This document shows positions 6,201-6,212 of a stretch of 6,212 bases of DNA, in pieces (positions within the stretch are counted from its first letter, which is position 1; each line of letters opens with the position of its first letter). The notes under the pieces were generated by a model. The model searched no databases, was not told where the DNA came from, and worked only from the letters and a program-made list of their open reading frames with translations. A program made the translations under genes and the position numbers. This DNA comes from a virus (taxonomy: Duplodnaviria > Heunggongvirae > Uroviricota > Caudoviricetes): the IMG/VR virus record IMGVR_UViG_2778261674_000013. One strand, given 5' to 3'.

Positions 6201-6212
6201 CGAACTCGATAT

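Noticed and set aside
1-6212. CRISPR arrays, IS elements or integrase/att sites
   Set aside because: No regularly spaced direct repeats, no transposase-like ORF and no integrase; the tRNAs are internal phage genes, not integration targets.

Overview
This window reads as the delayed-early/late boundary of a lambdoid (Qin-like / Stx-phage-like) prophage, with every supported gene on the minus strand. From high to low coordinates: an AT-rich cargo segment (~4800 to the window end) carrying an uncharacterised 266-aa ORF (5280..6080); a stand-alone Hok-family type I toxin (4277..4432) with its own terminator; a nin-like operon of a hypothetical protein, a DUF968/HNH-like protein, RusA resolvase and a Q-like antiterminator (1284..3929); a pR'-like late promoter and tR'-like terminator; two phage-borne rare-codon tRNAs (Ile2-CAU and Arg-UCU); and a cargo slot (1..880) holding an unidentifiable 117-aa ORF where Stx phages carry stx. 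The best candidate for something undescribed is the AT-rich segment and its 266-aa ORF, which sits where Qin carries relBE and is flanked by a GC-rich hairpin and nested palindromes. I could not assign it to any family by eye, so a defence or toxin role is a hypothesis only. All calls rest on reading the sequence and on recalled family features; no database search was run.
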